Below are positions 40,656 to 54,420 of a stretch of 63,891 nucleotides of DNA, piece by piece. The DNA comes from Octopus bimaculoides (Eukaryota). Under the pieces are notes generated by a model that saw only the letters and a list, made by a program, of their open reading frames with translations, was not told the DNA's origin and did not search any database. The position numbers and the translations under genes were made by a program. Within the stretch, counting starts at the first letter, position 1. Every line of letters starts with the position of its first letter. The stretch covers positions 82,708,577 to 82,772,467 of the forward strand of contig NC_068990.1 of NCBI RefSeq assembly GCF_001194135.2, written 5' to 3'.

Positions 40656-41990
40656 CGTATGTGAGTGTCTATGTGTTTGTGTGACTGAAAATTTGTATGA
40701 TAAAGCTGGATAAACAGGTGAAATTTAGTGACTGAAAATTTCCGTTTCTGGCTTCCATTTCCTTCACTTACTCCACAAGCCCAAGCGCTCCACATGTCAC
40801 GTGTTTGTGACTGTAACCGGTCTGCATATCTAAATGAATAATGTTTTTATTTATTAAAGTCATAATGGCCACGACATTCTACATTGTTTGCTAAATTCCA
40901 TAGATATCAGAATCTAAACATTTTAATTGTAGATAATGGCACACATTCACACACGCCCGTTCACGCGCACGCCCACACTCATACACACACTTACCGACAC
41001 ACACCATACAGAAAAGCAATTAATAATACAACATGAGTCGTTTGAAGAATATAGGAAGTTTGTAACAAGATTGCTTTTCGAATGACTGCTTTTACGATAA
41101 GAACCTGCAACGCCTCTGAAGATAAGTTTGGTTTTTAAACTTTAATATTTTCCGTATATAGCAAATTACTGGAAACATTCGAAATATTCAAATTAGTTAG
41201 AAACCTGCTGTAGAAAGCCATCTTCCAGCCATCTTCAAAAGGAATTTTCAAAAATAAAATCCTCTAACAACATTTTGTGCAATCATATGAAAGCAATAAC
41301 ATTTACAAAATATATACTCAATCATACCCTGTTGTTTAAATACTACACTAATTTGTACAAGAAAACACCAACAAAATATTAAACTCCTTTAACTTAGAAG
41401 TGAAGGAGATAGCATTTACTTTCAATATAGCCGATGGAGTTGAAGTTTTACCACAATGGAAATTATATATCACATTTTAGAATCACAAAACTAATTTTCT
41501 AAATTACCCATTGATGAAACTCACCAATCCACACGAAGTCAATTAAGCAATTTCAGCAGAAATGTTAGATACAGTCGTCACCAAACATAAAGAAACTTCT
41601 GTTTTAACATTCTGGAACAAGAGTTATAATTCACTACAACTGAAATACCAAACAAGAATGCTAACAAATCCTGACATAGATATTCCAAAGTTCAGTCACT
41701 AAGGTATTACTCCATGCAGCATTAACATTAACCAGAAACTACAACTGAATTATTGAATTGAAAATGCTTATGTACGGTAAAGAAAAAAAGAAGTGGCATA
41801 GTCATAAGATAACGACTTTGGAATTAAGAAAGTTGGTAATTCTTCGTTTCACGCGATTATAGATACAAGCGTCTCGGTTGGAATAAATGAGTTAATCTGC
41901 TGTGGATAATATATTTAACAAATAGTAATCTTAACATCATAATCAATTATGTGTGCCATGGTTATCGTGCTTCAATATTACGTAATCTAA

Positions 41991-42091
41991 GGCGGCAAGC
42001 TAGCAGAAACGTTGGCACGCCGGGCGAACTGCTTAGCAGTATTTCGTCTGCCTTTACGTTCTGAGTTCAGATTCCGCCAAGGATTACTTTG
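41991..42091 (+). mobile_element. SINE family B 5' head, 3'-truncated
   Basis: ggcggcaagctagcagaaacgttggcacgccgggcgaactgcttagcagtatttcgtctgcctttacgttctgagttcagattccgcc. Confidence 0.85.
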
Positions 42092-42296
42092 TATAAAAGA
42101 AGGTAAGAGGTGTAATGTACACTACAGACATATGTGAACCGATAATTTAACAATACGACAGAAATATAGTTTTATTATAAAAATCAGTAACTTCATTTAT
42201 AAATAAGAACTCAAGTCATCTTCGTTTGATTGTGAACTTGTGTAATATCCTGTCGTGTAGTTCTTCTTTTTGTCCAAGTCGTTCAAAATGCTTTTC

Positions 42297-42334
<38 letters not shown>

Positions 42335-42381
42335 CATCTATCTATCTATCTATCTACCTATCTTTCTTTCTCTCTCTCTCT

Positions 42382-42429
<48 letters not shown>

Positions 42430-42871
42430 GCACTGCCCATTACATGGTGAGTGATTGTTTATAGTCATTTGTTAAATATCTCGTTTAGACANNNNNNNNN
42501 NNNNNNNNNNNNNNNNNNNNNNNNNNNNNNNNNNNNNNNNNNNNNNNNNNNNNNNNNNNNNNNNNNNNNNNNNNNNNNNNNNNNNNNNNNNNNNNNNNNN
42601 NNNNNNNNNNNNNNNNNNNNNNNNNNNNNNNNNNNNNNNNNNNNNNNNNNNNNNNNNNNNNNNNNNNNNNNNNNNNNNNNNNNNNNNNNNNNNNNNNNNN
42701 NNNNNNNNNNNNNNNNNNNNNNNNNNNNNNNNNNNNNNNNNNNNNNNNNNNNNNNNNNNNNNNNNNNNNNNNNNNNNNNNNNNNNNNNNNNNNNNNNNNN
42801 NNNNNNNNNNNNNNNNNNNNNNNNNNNNNNNNNNNNNNNNNNNNNNNNNNNNNNNNNNNNNNNNNNNNNNN

Positions 42872-42917
<46 letters not shown>

Positions 42918-43514
42918 TATACCGATGCACATACACATATAAGCATATGAATAACTGCTTTTTGTTTAAAAGCAGGTGGTGAGATTAATTGACACTGAAG
43001 CGTTTAAATATTTTATATTTTCTTAGCGTGAAATAACTGAAGGCCATTATTTCCTTTCCCATATGTCTAATTCGCATAAACATATAATCGTAACAATAAC
43101 TGTTAAGATTGTAAAATATTCAGCTAGTAAACCTCCTTTGATATATGGCATTCTGTAAATAAAGGAGTTTGATGTTGCCGCTAACATTTGCACTTCCTGC
43201 CGCGCGATAGGTTCATCTTGACAGGCGGAGATCCAGTTTACCTTTGAAGACACATATATCCACCCCATATATGTCTCTCAGTGTTTACAGGAGAATACTG
43301 GAAAGGTGTGCGACCTATATATATATATATATATATATATACGTACATACATGCATATCCTTATATATACTTTAAGTTCGCCTACGGGAAACGGTTCTGA
43401 GTAGGCATATAAAAGCTTATATTTTATTATATCGGCTGCTACATTACGACACCAACTTGCAACATCAGTTTTATGGTGTTGTACCGAGTTGTGCCGATAT
43501 AATGTAGGATAACT

Positions 43515-43516
<2 letters not shown>

Positions 43517-43580
<64 letters not shown>

Positions 43581-43582
43581 TT
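43517..43582. repeat. (AAT)n microsatellite
   Basis: Directly visible. Confidence 0.95.
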
Positions 43583-44019
43583 AATAATCCATGTCTATGA
43601 ATATATATTTTCATGTATGTATATATCAAAGTATTATGTGTGTGTGTATGTATGTACGCACGTACACGTATTCTGTTGGTTAATTTGTCTAATACAATCA
43701 GCTAACAGAATTATAGCTCTCTACCTGTCAGTATGTGTTTACTTTTATACCATTTCGTTTCAAAGAACCAGACACTGCATAACATTTATATATNNNNNNN
43801 NNNNNNNNNNNNNNNNNNNNNNNNNNNNNNNNNNNNNNNNNNNNNNNNNNNNNNNNNNNNNNNNNNNNNNNNNNNNNNNNNNNNNNNNNNNNNNNNNNNN
43901 NNNNNNNNNNNNNNNNNNNNNNNNNNNNNNNNNNNNNNNNNNNNNNNNNNATATATACACATACATATATATAACACAGATACAACAGATCAAAAACAGG
44001 ATTCAAAGAAATAATGATC

Positions 44020-44086
<67 letters not shown>

Positions 44087-44095
44087 TGATAATAA
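44020..44095. repeat. (AAT)n microsatellite
   Basis: Directly visible. Confidence 0.95.
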
Positions 44096-45759
44096 TCTTC
44101 GTTTCTATAATAAACTCGCTGACAGTTTAAAAAGTGCGGGGCAAAAATATATACACAACCAATCATAGACTAAATGTAAGAGAAAATTAATAGCTGTTTG
44201 TTGTATTTAATATATATTATGCAGTTCAACAGTGTGGAAAACATCAAATTTGCGAAAAACTGTCCTGTCATTTTGAAGTTTATTTGCAATATTTATTTAA
44301 TGCAATATTTATTAATGACATGAAAAAGTAATTGATGACACTTCCATTTTACTTTTTTTTTTTTTTCTTGCAGGTTCATGTGAGTTGGTTGCAGCGATGT
44401 TCTGAAAGCTTCGGTAGTTTTAATTCACTATGTCAACATCAGTACGTATTTCATTCTTGTACCTAAATTATCAATATCTACTTTTTTGAAGTCATTTTTA
44501 CCTTTGTGCACGTTAAACTTGGAAGGTGAACTTAACGTTTCCGATTTCCGTTAGAGTGTTAAACTGAAATTATATAGTATGGGCACATGGGAAAATTCTT
44601 TTAACAAATGCAGGGTATATCTGTTTTCAATCCTGACTCTGATAGTATTACTGAAAAAGATTATCATCATTTGTCACCTATCACTGGGTTAATAAACTCA
44701 CAAACACAGACATGTGTGCACGCAAATACACACGTAAACACGCATCCACCCCATACAAGCAATTAGATATATGTATGTAAGTATATATACATATATATAT
44801 ANNNNNNNNNNNNNNNNNNNNNNNNNNNNNNNNNNNNNNNNNNNNNNNNNNNNNNNNNNNNNNNNNNNNNNNNNNNNNNNNNNNNNNNNNNNNNNNNNNN
44901 NNNNNNNNNNNNNNNNNNNNNNNNNNNNNNNNNNNNNNNNNNNNNNNNNNNNNNNNNNNNNNNNNNNNNNNNNNNNNNNNNNNNNNNNNNNNNNNNNNNN
45001 NNNNNNNNNNNNNNNNNNNNNNNNNNNNNNNNNNNNNNNNNNNNNNNNNNNNNNNNNNNNNNNNNNNNNNNNNNNNNNNNNNNNNNNNNNNNNNNNNNNN
45101 NNNNNNNNNNNNNNNNNNNNNNNNNNNNNNNNNNNNNNNNNNNNNNNNNNNNNNNNNNNNNNNNNNNNNNNNNNNNNNNNNNNNNNNNNNNNNNNNNNNN
45201 NNNNNNNNNNNNNNNNNNNNNNNNNNNNNNNNNNNNNNNNNNNNNNNNNNNNNNNNNNNNNNNNNNNNNNNNNNNNNNNNNNNNNNNNNNNNNNNNNNNN
45301 NNNNNNNNNNNNNNNNNNNNNNNNNNNNNNNNNNNNNNNNNNNNNNNNNNNNNNNNNNNNNNNNNNNNNNNNNNNNNNNNNNNNNNNNNNNNNNNNNNNN
45401 NNNNNNNNNNNNNNNNNNNNNNNNNNNNNNNNNNNNNNNNNNNNNNNNNNNNNNNNNNNNNNNNNNNNNNNNNNNNNNNNNNNNNNNNNNNNNNNNNNNN
45501 NNNNNNNNNNNNNNNNNNNNNNNNNNNNNNNNNNNNNNNNNNNNNNNNNNNNNNNNNNNNNNNNNNNNNNNNNNNNNNNNNNNNNNNNNNNNNNNNNNNN
45601 NNNNNNNNNNNNNNNNNNNNNNNNNNNNNNNNNNNNNNNNNNNNNNNNNNNNNNNNNNNNNNNNNNNNNNNNNNNNNNNNNNNNNNNNNNNNNNNNNNNN
45701 NNNNNNNNNNNNNNNNNNNNNNNNNNNNNNNNNNNNNNNNNNNNNNNNNNNNNNNNNNN

Positions 45760-45824
<65 letters not shown>

Positions 45825-45826
<2 letters not shown>

Positions 45827-45985
45827 ATACGATGGGCTTTTTTCCAGTTTGCGCCTACCAAATCTCACAAAACTTTGGCCGGCCCGAGGCTAAAGACGAA
45901 GATGGTTGCTCAAAGAACGATGCAGTGGGGTTGTACCCGGAACTGTGTGGTTCGGAAGCAACCTTCTCACTACATAGCCCACGCT
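45825..45985 (-). mobile_element. SINE family A 5' half, diverged
   Basis: tacgatgggcttttttccagtttgcgcctaccaaatctcacaa..ggcccgaggcta..gcagtggggttgtacccggaactgtgtgg matches the family A head and core. Confidence 0.75.
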
Positions 45986-48900
45986 TGTTTAACTTTAACA
46001 AGTAAACTATGTTTGAGACATTAATAATTGCATGGAATTAATTTCGCCGTCATTTGAAACTCGCTCGCAATTCTCCACCTAAATGAGGGATTTGTAAGTA
46101 TCTCAACTTTTTCGAACATTCATTTATGGCATATAATTTACTTTTATACTTTGCTATTCTTTTCTGATCTAACGAGATTAACATACTTCTGGCTTATGCA
46201 CCACTTACAATAGGAGCAGATGAGAATGACCCTGTAAGTCTATTCTGTCTGCAAAATAATTTTTATTTTTAACATAGCCATTGGTCGATAAATGAAGAAC
46301 TGTGACTTCAACAAGAACAACGATGAAGTCATAGCATTCCATTACTCTTTATATCATGACACTATGTCTATCTGCCAGGCCAGATGCTAAGCCAATTACC
46401 AAGTCCATTTTCAATGAAATTGATACAGTTACTCCTAATGTTCCTGACTATATTAATCCATAAAGAAAATGGCCTGTACTTAGCTTATATAATTATCGTT
46501 ATTCAACTAGGAAGATACCCAATAAAGAAGCAGAGAGAGAGAGAGAGAGGATGAGAGCAGGAGTGAGAAAGAAAGAATAGAGAAAGTAAGAAAAAGTAGA
46601 AAAGATGAATAAAAGGAAAAAATAAACTACAAATATATACATCCTGAGTTAGAAACATACACTTACCCATAGGTACATTCTAAAATCGCTTATTTTCACT
46701 CTCATCTAAAAAGATTACACGAAGCTCTCTAATAAGGGAGCACACCTGGTTGGCCGAACTGCTAAAAATAGTACAGAAAAATAATCTTCATCATGCCTCA
46801 TAGTATAAACTTTACGAAGGAAATGAAAAGAATATGTATTTACTTGATCTTAACACAACAATTTCATACAACGAATACGAAGGACTTTTTTCTGCTGTTT
46901 TGCTATGAATAATTAGACTATTAAATTCTTTATAAATAGCACCAAGGTGAGTATATAAATTCGATGCCCATATTAGCTATTCGTACAATAATTTCTTCAA
47001 ATGACTAATTGTAATCAAACATACGAGAAGAGACACCCCAAATATGTCGTTGTCCCATGTTTCGGAAGTTCTGCGTAATCAATAAGCGTGGCCTTTTGTC
47101 GAATAAGAGAATGAAAAACAGCATAAACACTGATGAACTATTCGCGCAGGGAAGACTCTGCTAATTTCATAGCTTTGAACATTAGTATCAAAGGTTTTAA
47201 AGCAGGATTTTGCATGTCTCTTTTGTTTTTTTTTTCAAAAAGTTAATCAAGGAGTATTAGACTACACACACCGCCTTTTGACCAGAATTAGTCATTTTAT
47301 AAAAAATATTGTATTCAACGCTTATGTCTTAACTCTTGTAAATTTGAAGGTTTTCCGTCCTCACTGGACTTGTTTTAAAAACATAATTAGTGAATTAGAT
47401 ATTGATCACTCATTCATTAATGGTTTGCTACATCAATACGCTAGCGCACACATTACTTTTATTTAGTTAACATTTAATTTTAACATCTGAAAATATTTCT
47501 GAAAAAAAAAAGAACTAACCTGGATCCAATTCAAGATAGCATCAAAACTAGAGAAAAAACGCTTGGAAAGGTGATTTGTGCGTGAAAAGGGAATATTTTT
47601 GTCTTTTGACGGAAAGAGGCGAAGACATGTGTGACTTGGGGGCCTCAGAGCAGGTGATATGTGTTTTTTATTTCAGAGGAACAGTCTCCGTTGTAGAAGC
47701 GATAGATGAAAGGAAGAGATGAAAGAACTCAATAATTTGTTTTGTGAAAACTCAATTCCTTGTTCTGCAGTTTTCAATACCCCCATTTTAATATAATACA
47801 CTTGAGGAGAATAATTAATTACCCACTAAGATGTTTCGAAGGTATTATCATTTAAGATCTTTATTACAAATAGCTACTGTATGAAATACGAAACAGTACT
47901 GTATTCTTAATACATGCTGTCTTTTTCCTACAAAGATTTTACTTTAATGAGTTTCATCTTTGTTTTCTGTCGACTGGTAGTGAAATTTGTATTTATGAAT
48001 TATATTACAGCAGTAAAGCTTGTCGTACCATGAAGGTAAAATCACATATATCTATGTATTGTAGATGTTTTTTTTTTTTCGATTAATTTTCTTATGGAGA
48101 TTAATCCCACATAAATATTAAAACATTTTTCCCTAAATATATATTTCATAAAAGTATCTGGTAAACTTTGGTCGATATATATTTGGAAAAATACAAGTGT
48201 ACGTTAGTTACCCTAGATATTTCTTTCAAGTTTGTTTATCTTTCTATACAACGAATCTTGTCTCAAGAAACTATTTTGTTTTTCATTTTATTTCATAAAC
48301 ACTTTAATTCGCTTTTTAACGTTTTTATTTTTGTTACATAACTTCTTTGTATTGCCAAAACTATTTCAAAATTATAAACAAAAAGCCAAAAAAATGCATT
48401 AACGTATTAAGAAAAATCATTTATGCCACTTTCAGATCTTTCAATCATTTGCTAGATCTTAAATTGTCACTTAGTTTTATAATTCAGATTTAATTTTCTC
48501 GTCGTCAGTTCCAAATTTGGAGATGATTATTTTACTATTTTTGTATTTGTATAATTTTTATTCACAATAAGAATTGAGTTAAAATCAGAAAACTATATTT
48601 ATAAACAAAACCGTGTGTCTGTTAAAAAGAAAATAACTAATTCAGGTTTGAAAATAAAATCTCTTTTTAATGAAAATCAAATTACGTTCACGTCGACATT
48701 GCTACAAAGATTATAAAGATATTTGTAAACTTAAAAAACAAACACAAGCTGAATTGTTGATTGTCTATATGTAAATGAAACTAGTTTATGAATAGATAAA
48801 CGTTAATTTGAAAAAGTATAACTAACGATATGGTAAAAACCACGATAAAGAGAGGAGTGATTGAGAAAGAAGGAGAAAGAAAGAAGAAAGAACAGAAAAG

Positions 48901-49291
48901 TGTGGTCATTTTTAATTCGATGGACATTAACTACAATTGCGTGGGCTTTGGAGAAATCAAGTCTGTGTGTGTGTGTGTACCTATTTTTATTATGTATATA
49001 TGTATGTAGATAGATAGGTAAATACATAGATTGATAGACAGAGAAATAGACATGAATACATACAAACGTATGTATGTATTGAGCGTGGCACATATTTATA
49101 CATACACACACACATACATTCACTCATTCACTCGTTCACTCTCTCTGACACAAGCGCACACAAATACACAAACACACACACACCTATATATGTATAATTA
49201 TGTGTTTCTACGCTAGCACATTTGCTCTTACCAAAGCCAACGCAGCTCTAATACACATCATATTAAACAAGTCCACTGTGTCATAACTATA

Positions 49292-49360
<69 letters not shown>

Positions 49361-49444
49361 ATATGTGCGTGTCTGAGAGTGTGTGCATATATGTATGTGC
49401 AAGATAAATGTGAATTTGTTACGTCATACCATCATTGATGTAAC

Positions 49445-50300
49445 CAGTGATTATTTGGCATTTGCATTTTCAGCATTAGCATTCTTTGCCCAGGCGACCC
49501 GGCTGTAAACAAGGTCCAACTTATGTCCCAGCAGTAACTATGCATGGATCAAGCCCCTTAATTCAAAACCATCAGGTAGCATTCTCAGCAGATTTACTTG
49601 CAGATCGAATGACTCTCACCATCCTGAATGTCCAATTCCTTTGTGTAGTTTCCAGAACGTACGCCCTGCAAATCTTCTACATCAAACCTCTATTAAATCC
49701 TAATAATTTCCCCAATTTTTATTCTGGAAATTGACAAGTTCATGGTAATAAGTCCGTTTCTTTTTCATTTGTTTTGCCAATACATTCTCCTCAGATGACA
49801 TTAAATTCCAGCATAATTAGTTCTTTTACTGATTTAGAAGTGAGAAACATGTCTGATTGGATCGATGTTGGTAGATTGTGATGTGGGAAAACTACAGTTG
49901 TCTCCCCTATTCAACTTATCATTGCCAGTCGAAGTCCGTTGATGTTTTTATTTATGTATGTGCTTTCCTCCCTGCATCGACAAATTTTATTAATTTCTTT
50001 GGAACATGTCAGTGATAACTTGCGCTTATCACAGTTGCTATGCTTTCAGCAATTACCTTAAAAGCTTGGTCTCTTTCGTCCTCTTTCCGAACAAAATGAA
50101 GCCTTTCCTTTCCATAGGCCTTGTTAACCTGGTCTTTTGGAAGTAGTCCCAGTTCGCTTTTAGAAGTTCCATGATACCTATTAGTTCCTCTTGCTCTGTC
50201 ACATGTCCTGATTTCTGAGCATCGTGTTCCCAGAATAAACACCCGAGATATCATTATCCTGCATTGCCTGAACAATGTTCTTGGAGAGAAACTCACTCTT
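49445..50300 (-). mobile_element. Degenerate HERO-like (RLE-type) non-LTR retrotransposon 3' portion
   Basis: Stop-riddled minus translation RDQAFKVIAESIATVIS..; DWQ**VE*GRQL*F..TSIQSDMFLTSKSVKELIMLEFNV; ..C.RFAGR.FWKL..; SASKSAENAT*WF*IKG matches HERO ORF tail motifs (RHDQVLK.IAE; DWQL.VDLG.QLKFP; RPDMVL.S.S.K.V.MLELTVPWE; EVGCRGFAG; AEKAS.WLWIKR). The 3' UTR has gggtcgcctggg. Support is firm for ~49450-50095; the extension to 50300 is tentative. Confidence 0.75.
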
Positions 50301-53171
50301 GGGGTGCAATATTAACCAAAATCGTCCCTTTAACAGCAAAATTGACCGAAACTAACTGATGGACATCTTCACCACTTCATCACCTCACCCTCATGACCAT
50401 CCAATGTTTCTTATACACTAAATAACACTAGATATTACACTAGTGGGACTGGGACTAGAAGTAAAGCTTACGGGCTTCTTGACCTATCTCTCTTCAGCCA
50501 TGTAGTTTCAAATTTAACTCTGCTGTTAGTTTACTAGGCTGAGAGATTTCAGATTTATTGGGCTAAAGCCAGTTTTCTCTCATCTGATCATTGAGATTGT
50601 TGAGGCAAAACCAGCTTATTCTACAGGCTGAACACATACACATATACATATACACATGTACATACATGAACCTTAGTATTAGCTTTTATTTGCAGTGTAC
50701 TGTTTGAACTCTGTTGAGACAATTTCTTTTTTTTTTTTAGATTATTATTATTTAGAATAGTTTGTTTGAAATCCAACAAACAAGGAGTTTCAAATCCTGT
50801 GATTGTTTGAAAAACTAGAAAAATTGTCAAAATGATATAAAATGGTTTTAATGCTATTCGCAGAAAACATCTGACAGGAATCGCTACAAGAAAGCTTCTG
50901 ATGTGACACGTAGTCCACATATAAAGATGTACATTACTTACATTGGAAATTTATAAGTAGATAGATTCATAGTAGGCTGCGTAATGTGATGCGCTTGTAA
51001 ATACAGAGTGTTTTTATATGAACGTGTTTTTGTGTATGTATAAGTCTAAGTGTTGGTGTGTGAGATTTGGTGATGTGAGAATATCAATTATTTTGCACAT
51101 TTTTCTGAAGTTATTGAAGTAAGAAAACGAAATTGAATTTTCCCCTTACTTTTATAGGGTCAATGTAAAGTGCTGAGGACAAATCAGCTTGATGAATAAT
51201 CGATTTTTAATATCCGAATATACACTACACTGACAGTGATGGAATGCAAACCATGAACTGCCATCCGGTTTTTCGGAACTGTATTGAGTATATATTCAGT
51301 CTCAAATGGTTCTCTAGCTCAAGGTGAATAGGATGAATGACGGAGTTTGATGTACTTTACATAATAAAATAATGTTGAGAATATAGGAGATTATATACTG
51401 CACAAACATACAAAAGTCTCTGAGATAGTATATAGAGCTCTGTGTCGAATGCTTCCATTATGTAATTGTTTCAAAATTTAGAACACATCACTAAGATTGA
51501 TCTTCAAATGTCACCTTCTCATAAAACTTTTGAACTGGTTATTTTCTCTTATTATGGGTCACTCGTGAGAACATTTTCTTTCCTAATTTGAACTATGCAA
51601 CTATATATATGTCACTGTATGTAACTTTATTAGGCATTATGACACCATTACTTCGTTTTGAATGTAATATCATTTGTTCAACGAATATATTCACAGTTAT
51701 TGAATCTCTATGGTGCCATTAGACGGAGTTTGCTTTGGTTTCCGAACTAACTGCTGAACCTGAAAAGATAAAAACATAACGATATGAAATATCTAATGTG
51801 GTTTCATGTATACATTAGTGTAAAAGTGTAAACGGAGTTAGTGATAATCTAAGGCGTTGATAAACTAGGCGCTTACGCGATTAGAGTAGATCTGTTGAAA
51901 TTAAAATTTTGGTATCTCAGACGCAATGAATACCAAACATCTCAGGTAGAGATTATTGTAAAGAAATATTCAGTTTCTCAAACCAACATACCAACACAAC
52001 ATCGCATTTAGTAGAGGTTATGATTCGATGTTGCTCTTCAATGATTAATTTTTTCTTACTTTTACCTACAACTGCTTTCCTCGTTTTTAATAATTGTATT
52101 CGGTCAGATTGAGGAATTCCATTATTATGGTTCTGCTGTTCATGTTGTAGTTCTGCTGCTGTTGTTGTTATTATTGCTGTTTTTATTGTCATCGTCGTCT
52201 TCGATGTTTCTGTCGTTGTTGTTCTTGTTCTTCTTCTTTTTCTTCTTCTTAGTGTACTTTAAGTCCACTCTGAGTGAGAAAACACATGACCAAAGTCAGA
52301 TAATAGCTTTTCTAAATAATGACGAGTATATACGTACACAGATAATCTTCATAGAAAACCTGCTACTATACGTTACCACACCACCACCACCGACAATTAA
52401 TTTGAAGATGGCTTCCAGAATATGTAGTTTGAGGTATGTCAACAAAAAATTAGTATTTTAACTGAAATACTAGAAACAAGGTTGAATGCATTTATGTTTA
52501 TTAAAAAACAGAACAACCGCATTCTCCATAGATTTGATATAAAAACAAACATAACTGCTGTATCGTCTCAGACGTGCTAATAATGGGTCATCGTTTTAGA
52601 GCATATTTGAACATTCTTGTGAGTTATTCAATGTTTATCACTAAATTAAAATTTGACCATGAAGAGAAGCTTTACATGTTATTAAATTCTATAATAAAAT
52701 TATTCTTTGCAGACACTAACGATTTAATTCAGCATAGGTGACACGTATTTATTTAAATTAAATATATACACAACTCTGTGTATTGGCTTGAATATAATAT
52801 TAAAACATTGAACTCTTTCTATGTCCATCGCTGCTGTTTCCATCACTGTCACAGTGGTCGGTGTTTAATTTTGCTTTTTAATTTGTTTCTTCAAACTCAT
52901 TCATGACTCACTTGTGTAGTTTCCATATAGAATTATATGTACGGTGGTGTGTAACGCTTGCAATCCTATACAGACAGCAAGACCTTTGAAGTGTCCTTCA
53001 ACTCAGTTTATTTATGAAATAAAAATATTGTCAGAATAAAAAAGAAAAAAAAAGAAACAATTAATATAAAATGAACGAAAACTAGAAACCTCCATAGCAA
53101 CAGAAAGTGGAAGAAAATGAATATAAACTTGTTTATACAACATATATACGATGCATATACATATATGTATA

Positions 53172-53214
<43 letters not shown>

Positions 53215-53222
53215 TTATACAC

Positions 53223-53258
<36 letters not shown>

Positions 53259-53936
53259 ATGTATATACATGTCTGTAATATACGGATGTACATATATATA
53301 TACACTTATGCATAAGCATCTGTCAATGGACGATAGACTGATAGAGTCATTAGAACATGAGTTAGTATTCCTCACTATATGTATCCACAGGATTGATACT
53401 TTGAGTTCAGACCTTGCTGGGATGAACTTTTTTTCATCCTATCTTTATTGATATATAAAAAAAAATTCTATTCTAGGACAGTTTGGTCGGAGAGTCGCAG
53501 AAGATATTTTCCAGTGTTTTTTCTTGCTCTTCGCGTTCTGATAGCAACAACAGGACGATGCTGATGCCAAGCTCTGTCGCATCATATTACCTGACCTTCA
53601 CTTGAATAAAATATCATTGCCATGGATAGAGAAACCCCAAATCCATGGTCACATGACAATTTTTTTTTTCATAAACTGCCATAATTACTACTCAACGTAT
53701 TATACAGCATAGATGATGCCATCAGTCAAACGAAGCTTGCACCCTCTTGCAAGAAGAGATGTGCACGGTTGCACTTACTCCTTCACAGTCACATTTGCCT
53801 CAGCTTATCATCATCAAATCATTGTCCATGAAGAATTTCTCACAGGACAAAGCAGGAGGGTGTCGGACAGTGCCAGAAGGTTATGCAGTAATGCCTACTT
53901 TTGCATTACAGCCAATAGATCACTTATATATGTATG

Positions 53937-53987
<51 letters not shown>

Positions 53988-54213
53988 NNNNNNNNNNNNN
54001 NNNNNNNNNNNNNNNNNNNNNNNNNNNNNNNNNNNNNNNNNNNNNNNNNNNNNNNNNNNNNNNNNNNNNNNNNNNNNNNNNNNNNNNNNNNNNNNNNNNN
54101 NNNNNNNNNNNNNNNNNNNNNNNNNNNNNNNNNNNNNNNNNNNNNNNNNNNNNNNNNNNNNNNNNNNNNNNNNNNNNNNNNNNNNNNNNNNNNNNNNNNN
54201 NNNNNNNNNNNNN

Positions 54214-54219
<6 letters not shown>

Positions 54220-54277
<58 letters not shown>

Positions 54278-54347
54278 GTAGGTATGCACACATATAAATA
54301 CACACACGCACATGCATATATACATATATATATTCATTTCTAAATAA

Positions 54348-54408
<61 letters not shown>

Positions 54409-54420
54409 ATACAGATAGAC
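54220..54420. repeat. (TA)n-(GA)n and (GATA)n microsatellites
   Basis: Directly visible. Confidence 0.9.

Noticed and set aside
41030-41760. Possible PLE N-terminal region or decayed gene (LSNFS..ILEQEL*FTTTEIP)
   Set aside because: Only one loose motif and many stops; cannot be assigned.
43109-43170. Imperfect hairpin (CTCCTTTG/TAAAGGAG)
   Set aside because: Multiple bulges, AT-rich and a tiny loop; within chance expectation.
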